Notes under the pieces: model-generated
What the model saw: the letters and a program-made list of their open reading frames with translations, nothing else
The model's database searches: none
Told to the model about the DNA's origin: nothing
Program-made: the position numbers and the translations under genes
DNA from: Pelomyxa schiedti
Taxonomy: Eukaryota > Protista > Evosea
Length of the DNA stretch: 45,571 nt
Reading direction: 5' to 3'
Assembly (NCBI GenBank): GCA_020536535.1
Contig: JAHLWZ010000925.1
Span: 1 to 45,571 of the forward strand
In this document: positions 12,448 to 24,007 of the stretch, one piece after another
Layout: each line of letters begins with the position of its first letter
Numbering within the stretch: position 1 is the stretch's first letter

Positions 12448-14741
12448 TCAGCTCTTTGTTTTGGTGTCATCTTTTTTGTGCTCTGCTTTCAGCTTAGTAG
12501 CCACCCATGGAACAAATTCCTCAGCTGTTAGGTGCGCCTTTGTCGCCTCAGATGTTACAGCAGTGATATCAAACACGCCTGTAAGGCAGCAGTTCCAACC
12601 ATAGATTGTTCCTCCAAGCTTGGTGGATAGTGACCGGGAGCAGAAGTAACATGACTGAAGGGCAGTCAATTGGCTGGAAAGGTCGGGGGTTGGCGGCCTG
12701 GCTAGATATGAGAAAAGGGATTCTGGGTGTACAGAAACCGTACTTGGTTGATAGTGTGGCTATCTCAGAGTCGATGGAAGCTATTTCCTTCTTAATTTTT
12801 TCTAGTTGTTCTTGCTTTGTTTCCAAATCTGGAAGGGATAAGTAATTGATTGTACAAACACCAATGCGCAACTGTGCTCCAGTGTGCTGATCTCTGCTTC
12901 TAGCTTGGTGCGACTGGGACTAGGGGCTGCTGATTGAAGTGAACAATAGTCGGATTAAAAGAGTAAGAATACGCTCAGACTTCTTGATACAGACAGTGCC
13001 GCCTCCTTCCTCTTCATTATCACCTTCAGCTGGTTCTTCAGCTGTCCCATTTATCAACGCCATCATTTCCTGAAGGGGTTACTCCTGGAATCATTTGAAT
13101 GTACACACATCAACACTTCGCACTGTTTGTGGTTCTGGTGGAGTATCTGGTTTTACAACCATTGTAGAGGAAGGGGATAGCTGAGGTTCCTCCTCATCTG
13201 GACCACTGGAAGTCTTAGAGGAGTCATTTTCGACAACAAATAGGGAGAAAGGTACATTTTGAGTGTTGGGTACTTGGGTTCCTGTTTGAATTGACTGAGA
13301 TCCAGTTCGTGCTACTGTGGATTCCATTCCCAAAGCTTTTTCTCGGCCCTCTCGTTGTATTGTATCGTCGTACTCTTGGACAAGTTCGAGTAGACATGCG
13401 TTGTCTAATGTTCCCTGCAAAAATGGCTCCTGGAAAATCCTACATAAGCGAGGGGATTGAGGTCTTTCTTTACTTGGAGTAAGGCCTGTGCACTAGGCCG
13501 CTCTTTGGGATTCTTAATCAAGCAATTTTTTATAAAGTCGTTGAAGGAATCACTCCATTTTTTTGGATCTTCCAGTGTAGGAGATGGTAGATTTGGAATT
13601 AAGAAAATTACCTGTTTACTTTTTTTAAAAACAAATCTGAAGTTTCATAAACATACACGCATTGGATGGATTGCGGAGTGTGGTGGGGAACCCTGTGCAA
13701 GTTCAATAGCAGTGATTCCTAAAGACCAAATATCAATCTGCACTGAAACACATAAGACAAGGAAAGGGGCTTTAGACAACAAAAGGGGTGATTGCCTTTT
13801 CAGTATAGCCACTTTCTTGTATAACCTGAATGAAATATGATTATTGAGTAGTGGAATAAAGTACTACCTCTGGAGCCATCCAAAACGGAGTCCTAGAAAG
13901 TTTTCGGTTATTCATTTGTCATTTAAATGTTGTGTGTACCCAATCACAGAGTTCATGCAGGATACGGTACTACTTAACTGTGCGGACACACCAAAATCCG
14001 CTGTATTCAAAGTTAAAAGAAATTGGTATGTTATTGTTCCTATACCGAGTTTTGCTTGACCTTTGGCAGTCAACAATATATTTCCCGCCTAAGGTTATTG
14101 CATAAACTAAACTGTACAATTCTCGTTGTTGAAACCTTAATATCACGATGTACTTTCCGCAAACTGTGCAGATAATCTAAACCCTTAGTTCGTCAGTTAC
14201 GCTATTTTTTGATGTGGAAAAAGCCTACAGAAAGAACATCTTTCATAACGCAAGCTATCTGTTTTTCGTTAAATGTTCTCTTCAAAACTTTGAGAATGTC
14301 AGAGCAAGACCCCGCTGTGCACAGCTCCATTATAATCTGAAATTTATGAGTGGCTTGCTTTGGTCGTTACTAGAAATACCCAGAGCTCATTGAGAGCATT
14401 GAGGTAACTACCATAGTACGCTATAGTGTTGGGGTGCTTGATTTGTTTCATAAAGTTGACTTCCTTCCGTATGTCAGACAGATCTCCCTCGATTTTGATG
14501 ATCTTGATCGCAAAAAATGCACCGGTTTTCTTATGCATGCCCTTCCACACAGCACCATATGATCTATTTATTGCCACAGGGCCAAAAAAAAACGAAAGCA
14601 TAAGGTCCGCAGCGCCGGGGAATTAATTTGTCACATCGACTCAAGTGGCGTGTCAACGTACCCTTCGCCTAGTTTTTCGACAAGAGAAAAGTCAGGTGTC
14701 GGGTCCTTAAACAAATCCGGAAGAGAACGACCCGTGGCCAT
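12448..14741 (-). CDS. STE20-family MST/Krs (Hippo-like, GCK-II/III) kinase with C-terminal coiled coil
   Basis: The spliced product reads [35 protein letters not shown]...FAIKII...HRDIKAGNILL...[11 protein letters not shown]...[63 protein letters not shown]. The last-exon frame (stop 12448 versus 12569) depends on the choice of acceptor. Confidence 0.9.
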
Positions 14742-14872
14742 CGTTTTTTTTTTTTACTTTATGTTATTGTTTCACAGAAGGGGCAGATCGGGTCAAATCT
14801 GAAGCGAAGTAGCCTTTCTTTTCCCTGTCCATGTTTGTTACCAAGGTATCTACAACCAAAAATGAACCTTGG

Positions 14873-17338
14873 TCAGACTCTCTCTTCTTGGCCCTGAGGT
14901 GCTCCACTTACCTCGGCTGGGGGTTTAATTTTTTGTTTTTGGAAGGCCGCCGGTGCTTTGAATGTCACGTAGCACAGTCCACCGCCAACGCCAAACAAAG
15001 CGCCCATAATGCCACCAAAGGATGTTGTCTTGCTTGTAAGGCTCACTGCCACTTTGTTGAATTCGCCCATCATGCTGCCGCCACCAAGCTCATAAGTGGC
15101 ATAGAGACAAAATAGAAATATACACACCACAGTGTAGTTGGGGATGCCAATCTCAGCAGATGAGCCGTGCACAGGCAAAGTACAACAGAGCAAATGCAAT
15201 TGCCCACAAAGCAAAGCTGGAGAACGTCAAACCCGTGAATGGTGCTATGGCATTCAACATTAGAATCCATAGCACTACAAACGAGACGTTTGGCCAAACC
15301 TCTCCAATGAACTTTGCATGGCTCCACAGAAAAGCAACAGAGTAAAGAGTATGAGGGCAGAGAAAAGATTCACGATGAACGTGCAACTCCAAAGTGATGG
15401 GTTCTTAACTATGATGTGCTTGTATAATAGCTGTTGCCTGAGTCAGGACTTTCCTTTTCAGAGAGGGTGGATGGATACAATATAAGCTGACGTGAGGACA
15501 GTATTAAGAACAATCCAGATGAATGAATGGAAGTCAGAGGTTCCAGGGGAGTTCATATTGAAGAAGAAACAAGAGAGTGTCTGTTGGAATGTGACCTGTG
15601 CAAAAAAACGAGCAAGAAAAACAAACCATGAAGAGGAAACTCGAGAAAACGTTTCCGGTCAAAGGGAACCGAAAAATCCGCCAGTCACCAAGAGCGGTGA
15701 CGATTGACGACACTGACTTCCAGAGGAAAATTGTTGTCGCTGGAAGGTCTCGGAAACTATGTCATTGGTTTTAAGCTAACATTGAAGGAGAGAGAAGTGA
15801 ACCTCAGGAAGTTGGACACAATCATCCCGACAAAAATTAGACTGCAGGGGACACATTCCAGAAGAACCCATTTCTGTACTCTGAATTCCAGTGCCTTGGC
15901 CAGGAAAAATAGTCCCAGAAATACAGAAGTCATGAGAACCTGCCCACGATAAACTTGTTGGCAAAAAAGAGGATGTATATAACCTGGGAAAATCCAAGAA
16001 AGAGAATATAGGTATCGGGAACTGCACTCTGGAAAAAAGGGAGCAAAAATACCCGGTTCAAAGTGCTCATTATAAGTGAGAGTGCAGTGTATAAAATGCT
16101 CATGATCACAAGGTGCAAATTTGTGCTGTCCTGGCACAATGTATTGGATTGTAGACTGTTTCGCCGCCGAATAAATATTGCCAGGGCACATGACACTGCA
16201 AGAAATCCCAGAAACAGGAGGCAAGTAGATATCCTTGTGATTATTTCGGCCTCTTCTTGGTGGCACTTGAACAAGTTGTTCATGACTGATGTGAAGTCGA
16301 TCCACGACATGTCGTAATGATGGATGGCTGCCGGGTTGGGGTTTCCGGTGAACACGCCACAATAATCAAGTGGATTGAACATATCTGTTGGGAATGTGCA
16401 AACTGCATTGAAATGTGCAAGTGTATGCCGGGAGACAAAATTTGGACCGAAAGTGTCAAGAACCTTCTCGTGATAAGTGAATGAATTCCTATTGGTGGTG
16501 AAAGTGTTGGTGAAGTCATCAATCATTGCTCCAACAACAGGACTCCGAGTGGCCGAAAACATGAAGAAGTTGGAGACAACCTTAGTCTTTCTCACTGTGC
16601 CAAACGAAGGCGGCGTACACCACTCAGAGCCGTTTATTATCCTCGGGAGAAACGAATCCAGAGGTATGAGCAGTTCGTAATCCAAATCCGCATATATACC
16701 CCCATATGCATAAAGTATCAGAAGGCGAGCTGCATCGGCTCTCATAATCGTGGTGTCAATTGAGATATACAGGCCATGCAGTTCCGGAAACACACGGAAT
16801 ATCATCTCTTCCAAGCTACCTCCGTCCCACAGCAAGTACACCCAATCTGCTCAAGCAATCAGCGTGAATGGAAACTCAACGGGAAAAATAAAGAAATACC
16901 TGGGTTGAGATCTTTCCAAGTCTGTACATAAGGAAGCAATCTTGGCGGGATACTTATTGAACTGTCCTTCTGAATACTGAGTTGATGGATGATTCGCGGA
17001 ACCCCGAGACGGCCGCCGTCTCCTCGTGCTCCTCGGGATTCGCCCACTTGTTCCGGAACCCAGCACGACGCAATGGAGGACAAGTTCGCGGCAGGTGCGG
17101 ATGCATTATGGGCCGGCGTTGCCGCCCAAAGTCCCGACAGGGCGCGGCCTTGCGCCACCTGGTTGTCCAGCACCTGCACGCGTTCCTCACCAGCCAAAGA
17201 TGCCATCTTTGTGGGCAACAGAAAACCGTCGGACAAGGACGGCGTAGTGGGCCCCAGCTGAATCGCTCTGGTGGACAGGAGGACTAGAAGCAGCAAACAG
17301 ACGCGGCGCCCCGCCGCTTCCACCCAATCGCCGGACAT
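14873..17338 (-). CDS. GT32 (DxD, SUR1/CSG1/Och1-like) glycosyltransferase fused to a Vrg4/GONST-like nucleotide-sugar transporter, copy 1
   Basis: Signal peptide, then VPRIIHQ, TWKDLNPDWVYLLWD, MRADAARLLILYAYGGIYADLD, FGPNFVS, AIHHYDMSW, a TM helix plus RRR, then transporter helices (YTALSLIMSTLNR; IFVGMIVSN; TTIFLWKSVSSIVTALGDWRIF; SPTTLCMMGEFNKVAV; GALFGVGGGLCY). The GT and the first transporter helices share one exon (ORF 15930-16841). Confidence 0.85.
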
Positions 17339-17786
17339 TGATTTTGGGGGTGATTCTTGGTTCTGTGGAACTTCGAAAAATTCCATTTCCAGGCACCCGG
17401 GGAGGGCAAACCTGTTTTCTGTCGTGGAACTCATCAAGTTCATTCGATCAATTCTCTGACCTCGAAAGATTGCGAGCGCTGGGGCCTTAATCTGCCAATC
17501 TAATCTCCTCTTGTACCCTTCTCTTTGTTGAGTGCAAGTGGTTGAACCCTTGCTGTTCCCAATGTTGCCGGACATCAATATTTGGCTGAATAAAAAAAAC
17601 ACCAGACCGCCGATCCTGAGCGACGATAACGAAAAGTACAGCGTTCCGGTCTGTTGATTATTTTATTCAGCCAATTCCCAACGGGATGTGTGACTCCGGC
17701 ATGACCATTTCAAGCCCCGAAGAATCAAGAAAACTTTACAAACAAAAACTCCAACAACCCAAGTAGGAGGAGCTATATTGACATAT

Positions 17787-20177
17787 TCACACCACGTTGT
17801 CTTTTGACTTCCCCACCGCGATGGCCTGTTGTGACTTGTTTGTCTGGAATAGAACGTAGAATAGTCCCCCAACAATTCCAAACAAAGCCCCCATCAGTCC
17901 CCCAAAAGACACCACAGCTTTGGAGAGGCTCACGGCTACTTTATTGACCTCACCCATCATACTACAAATGCTCAGTCAAGAAGGAAAGGGGTGAAGACAT
18001 ACCACACAGTAGTTGGTGACGTCAGGTGCAACAGATAGACAGTGCACAGGCAAAGTAAAACAGCAATGATGCAGTTCCCAATAAAGCACAAGTGCAGGAG
18101 ATTAAAACCGTCAATGGTACTGTGCATAAACTATCAACTCCGATTAACAGCGAGAGTGCCAAACCTTTTCACTGAGCTGAGAAAAGTGCCGAAACCAGTC
18201 AGCATAACCAAGAGCACTACGGCCGAGAAAAGATTCACAATGAATGTGCAAGTCCAAATTGAGGAACTCTTCTCAATAACATGCTTGTACGAGAGCTGTT
18301 GCAGTGAGACATGACTCAAGAAAAGATGCAATTACTGTATAAACAGACGTGAGGACAGTATTGAGCACAATCCATATAAACGGATCCCAGTCAGGAGTTT
18401 CAGTGGAGTTCATGTTGAAGAAAAAACAAGACAGAGTCTGCCAGCCAAGGGTTAGCTCAAAACACATACTTGGAAAACAAACCATGAAGAGGAAACTGGA
18501 AAAAATACCCCTAGTCAAAGGAAACCGGAATATCAACCAGTCACCAAGAGCAGTGATGATTGATGACAATGACTTCCAGAGGAAAATCGTTGTAGCTGGA
18601 AGGAATCGGAAACTATTCATCAACTAAGAAAGTTAAAGAGGGCGAGTAAACAAACCTCAGGAAGTTGGACACAATCATCCCGACGAAAATCAGACTGCAA
18701 GGGACACATTCCAGAAGAGCCCACTTTTCAATTTTAAAATCCAGAGCCTTGGTCAGGAAAAATAGTCCCAGAAATGCTGAAGTCGTCAGAACCTGCCCCA
18801 CAATCAATTTTGTATCCAAAGAAAGAGGGATGGCGAACCTGCGAAAATGCAAGAAACAATATATACGTCTCGGGGACTGCATTCTGGAAATAGGGAAGTA
18901 AAAACAGTCGGTTCAAAGTGCACATAAGCAGCGAGATTGCAGTGTATGCAATGCTCAAGGCGACTACATTAAAAGCTGAGAAACCCTGAGCAGGGGCGGT
19001 GAGTGTTTTGGATCGCTGCTGGCTACGGCGCCGAAAAATGAAAGCCAGAACAAGTGATCCCACAACAAACAGAAGGAACAGGAGGTACGTGCAAACTTGG
19101 GTGATGGTTTCGGCCTCGTCTTGGTGGCACTTGAACAAGTTGTTCATCAGGGAGGTGAAGTCGATCCACGACATGGCATAATGGTGGATGGCTGCTGGGT
19201 TGGGGTTTCCAGTGAACACGCCACAATAATCAAGTGGATTGAACATGTCTGTTGGGAATGTGCAAATTGCGTCCTGGTGAGCTGATGCATGCCGGGAGAC
19301 AAATTTGGGGCCGAAAGTGTCAAGAACCTTCTCGTGATAAGTGAATGAATTCCTGTTGGTTGTGAAAGTGTTGGTGAAGTCATCAATCATTGCTCCAACA
19401 ACAGGACTCCGAGTGGCCGAAAACATGAAGAAGTTGGAAATAACGGTGGTTTGTACTGCACCAAATGAAGCTGGCACATTTGATTCAGTGTGGTTACTCT
19501 TTCTTGGGAGGAATGAGTCCAGGGGCACAAGCAATTCGTAATCCAAATCCGCATATATCCCGCCGTATGCGTAAAGCAGAAGGAGGCGAACGGCATCGGC
19601 TCTCATGATAGTTGTTTCAATGGACAGGTACAAGTTATGCAGTTCAGGATACACTCGGAAGACCATTTCCTCCAAACTGTCTCCGTCCCACAGCAAGTAC
19701 AACCAATCTTGTTTGGATGAATATAAGTGAAAATCACGCAAGTGCGTGGTGGAAGATACCTGGATTGAGGTCTTTCCAAGTCTGAACGTAAGGAAGCAAT
19801 CTCGGCGGGATACTACTTGCAGAGGACTTCTGGATGTTGAGTTGGTGAATAATTCGTGGAATTGTGAGCTCTCCCGCCGCTCTTTTCGCGTCGCCGCGAA
19901 GCCAACACGACGCAGAAGAAGACGAGTTTGCGCCATTGGTCTCGCGCAGTGAGCCCTCCCAGAGATGCGAAATGGCCCTTCCCCCAGCAACCTCCCCGTC
20001 CAGCTGCCGCAAGCGCGTTTCTCCAATGACAGAGGCCATCTTTTCCGGCAGCAAAAACCCATCGGCCAGCGATGGCGAGGAGGGTGCCATTTTCACGGCG
20101 CCCGCTTGCCCTTGCCACCGCGCGACACACAGCAACACCCACCACGTCGCAGATACGTATACAACAAAGCTTGGCAT
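17787..20177 (-). CDS. GT32 glycosyltransferase-nucleotide-sugar transporter fusion, tandem copy 2
   Basis: Paralog of copy 1 with matching intron positions. Motifs: IPRIIHQ, RADAVRLLLLYAYGGIYADLD, HHYAMSW, YTAISLLMCTLNR, WKSLSSIITALGDWLIF, MMGEVNKVAV. Stop TGA at 17789-17787. Confidence 0.85.
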
Positions 20178-20351
20178 GCACCGGCGCGTTAGTACGGCTG
20201 CGTGGATCTGCCTTGTCACGGTTAAGTTTGTGTTTTTTTACGCTCTGTAATGGCCATTTCGTTTTCCCCTTCTTTTCTCTCACGGCAGGTGGCATGCCTG
20301 TTTGGCAGTTGTCATTTTAGACAGGGGAAAAATGGAATTCCTGGGGCGCCG

Positions 20352-23300
20352 ATGACATGGAAACAAAACCCCAACCTTCAACTCCCACAACAGGCAAGTC
20401 AACAACAGAGATCTGCAGCCTGTCGCGGAAACCCGGGAAACACAAACCTCGTGTATAAGTGGGTGAACTCCTGTATCTAGCAGTATACAACCACACACCT
20501 CTCGAGGACTGCCGTCTCCTCCAGTTCCTCAGACCAAACCTCAATTCTGAACGCGGACCAGCATTCGCATAAAAAGTCGTGTGATGGAACTCGACTCGCA
20601 AGAATCTTATCCGTTTCTTCAGGAAAAAACACCAACAAGCAAAAACTGGGTGCCGCACGCAGTCGCGAGGACAACAGGGCCGCCGGCGGTGAGGCTAGCA
20701 ATGTCCCACCGGTGGCCCAGCCCGGCGTGCGCATAGTCCTGCAGTCCACTGGGGCGACGTCATTCCCCGGCGAGGCGGAATTGGGCATCCCTGCCCGGCG
20801 CGCCAAGATCCAAAGCATTTCGGTGGGGGGAAATCTCATTTCGGAAATCCCGCCTTACGTCGGTGCGCTGCCGGCCCTGTCGGATCTAGATGTCAGCCAC
20901 AACAGGATCTCGTACTTTCCGGCTGATACTGTTGTCGCGCGTGCCGCTACTCTGAGGCACCTATACATCTCTGGCAACAACATTCGCGAGATCCCTCGTG
21001 ATGCGGTCTCCGCACTGGTAAACTTGATGACACTGAGATCTGCATTAAATCCGCTCGGAGAGGGCACGGGTGGTTTTCCTACTCACTTATTTGCACTTCC
21101 GTCTATTTTGACACTGGATTTGTCCCGCACTGGATTGAAGGGTGACTGCGGATTAATTGAACTGCACCGCCCGACTTTTCCAGCTTCTGCTATGACGGGC
21201 GCCGTTGTTAGTGCCCCTAAACCTGCCACAAACGAGCCCAATATAAATGCCCCCACCACACAAACAAGTGTACCAACTCCCTCACCTCAGACAACTCCCA
21301 CATGCGACGTTGTAGGCACTTGCCACTTGAATGGCCTTATCTTGGATCATAACAAACTGCGAAGTCTCCCAGATAACATTGGCAAAATTCATGAGCTTCA
21401 CACCCTCCAAGCATCTTTCAACCACCTCAGATCCATACCAGACAGCTTATGTTCACTCACAAAATTAGATACACTCATTCTGTCCGAGAACCGACTCTCT
21501 ACTCGTATATGTCCCCTTTTTAAGTTTCCTTTTCATTCACCAGTACCAGTTCCTGACGATCTCCCATTGTTACCTTACCTGACAACTCTTGACATTTCAA
21601 ACAATCCAATTACAGCATTCCCTCCCAGATGGTTTACAAATGGAAATGGGGGGCCCCGTAACAATACATGGTTATCTTTAATGGAGCTGAGTGCCCATGA
21701 CATGCTGCTTGAAGAGCTTCCAGTCAACTTCTTTTCCCACCTGCCCTGTCTTTCAACGTGCAATCTATCTAGAAACAATCTCGTGAACCTACCTGATTTT
21801 ACTCATGCTACATCTCTAGTTTGCCTTTACGTTGTGTGTAAAACACAACAGTTTTGTTTTCCCTTACACTAGGTTTAGAGTAACAACCAGTTAACCAGTT
21901 TCCCTGCCTCTTTTACATCTCTAATCAGGCTAGAGCATTTAGATATTTCTTGTAATAGTATAGTGCACTGTCCCTCTCTTGCAAGTGCGATATCTTCCTT
22001 ACCACATTAGTTCCTTACAACAAAAAAGCATTGACTAGACTCTGCAACTTCTCTGCTGGATACAACCCCTTTATGGAAACCCCTGATTTGCCCCCTGGAT
22101 TGGCAGAGTTGAATCTATCTGGATGTATTTTAACAAAACCGCCAACTGGTAGTTTTCTTTCACTTAGGAAACTGTATTTGTGTATGCCAATACCCTTAGT
22201 TTGTTATTGCACTACAATTTCCTTATTGTTTGATAGCTCTGAACGAATTTACCCGTATTCCGGCTGAATTAGTTTCCTCCACACAGCTGGGCACTGTAGA
22301 TGTTTCGTTCAATAAACTAGACTCTCTTCCAATTTTTCATGCAGGTATTTTTCCCACTCTTCATATTGAGTTGAAGTTGAACTAGATTACGTCAACGCCA
22401 ATAGAAACAGCGAAACAATTCAAAGAACAGTTCCTCTCCCTTCCAATAAGATAGCCCCGCCTTGCGTTAATATGCATGTTGGAATTGCAGAAACTTTGGG
22501 TCGTAGGCTGTCCATGGTAAGGCTGGTTCGAATGGAAAATGAACTCCATTGATTTCAGTTAGGAAGATGTTATCTGCTACCAGGGACAAATTTCACCGGG
22601 CGCCGATTTTATAGGTCTTTTTGATGGACACGGCGGAAAAGAAGTAGCCGATTTCGTTTCATCTGTTCTCCCAGGTGCTGACCCAAAACATTTTCGATAC
22701 CACATTCACCATTTCAAACAAAGGCTACTTCAAGGGTGTTCTTCCCGCAAATGAAGAAGAAGTCTGCAAAACTGGCTATCAGCAGACCCAAGTTAAGTGC
22801 AGAGAATACTTAGGTGAAGATGCCGACGAAAAGGTAAATTAACAAAAATAAGGGAAAGTTCTAACTTGTGTTGAAAAGCAAATTGGATCAACTTCGCTTA
22901 CTGCTCTTGTGTGGCGTGATCATATTTTTATGGCGAATGCAGGGGATTCGCGGGCAATTTTGTGGCGGAAGGATCACGCAATACGGCTATCCAGGGATCA
23001 CAAGCCCCTTGATCCCGAGGAGTATAAACGAATCAGACAGCTAGGAGGTAGGAATTATCTTCGTAGTCCTTCCTCCTAAACTTTCTTCCATGAAGGATAT
23101 GTAACAGAAGTTGGGCGTGTGAATGGGATCATTGCTGTCTCTCGGTCTTTTGGTGATTTCTTTGTACACCCGCTTCTAGATCCTGAACCCTACTTCACCA
23201 CAACTCAATTTAGTGAGGAAGACAGATTTTTACTTTTGGCATGCGATGGTGTTTGGGATGTTCTCACTGACGAGAAGGCCGGCACAATTGTAAATCTTGC

Positions 23301-23838
23301 ACTCGACGCATATGATGATGACCCTGAGGCTGCCGCATATGTTCTGCGGGATGCAGCATACCTTAACGGCAGTACTGACAATATCAGTGTCGCAGTGTGT
23401 GTTCTGAAGAAATATTGCATAGCAAAGCAGATGGAGAAACACAAACTTCCAAGGACTAAGCATGTGAAACATAATTCTCAGCCTTCTCCACATTTCCCGT
23501 TAGGTCAAGCAGGTGTTTTGGTAGCTCTGCGGCACTCCCAGTCAACAATGAGACTAAAAATGTTGACAAAGACCAAATCCCCGCTGGCACTTAGGCCTGC
23601 AACCTCCACTGGTGACAGTGGCAGTGAAAATCCAGGTGACACTAAGAAAGATAATACCAACCACTGCCAACTACCATCCGGTTCCACCACCCCACCTCCC
23701 GCTAATCAAACAACGGGCACACAACTTCTTACACAAGAGGCAAGTACACAACCGGCACCAACTGATCCCGGCAGTGTGGCGAGCCTCAACAACACCCCAT
23801 CAACTATCATTACCCCAACAAAGGAGACTGCTGATTAA
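20352..23838 (+). CDS. Leucine-rich-repeat protein with C-terminal PP2C phosphatase (PHLPP-like architecture); start codon uncertain
   Basis: Many LxxLxLxxNxL repeats at about 20800-22400. PP2C motifs are intact: GRRLSMED, GLFDGHGG, ANAGDSRA, DHKP, RVNGIIAVSRSFGD, LACDGVWDV, GSTDNIS. The frame is open from 20481; a first exon from ATG 20352 with a putative GC donor (CAG|GCAAGT) is proposed. Confidence 0.85.
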
Positions 23839-24007
23839 ACCCAAATATATCTGTACAGACTCCCTACACTACCATGGCCCCACTACACAACCAAATTAAC
23901 CTGTAACTGTATGAGGTAAAAAACAAAATAAAATAACACTAACAAACGAGATCCTTTTCCGAATCGCACTAACACTTCTTTCCCAAAAGGAAGTGAAAAT
24001 CGAACCG

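Noticed and set aside
20478-20480. In-frame TAG between ORF 20250-20480 and the LRR frame, suggesting readthrough or a variant genetic code
   Set aside because: The TAG also fits a 3' splice site (tctag/cag). Other in-frame stops in the window fall in introns, and TAA and TGA terminate genes normally.
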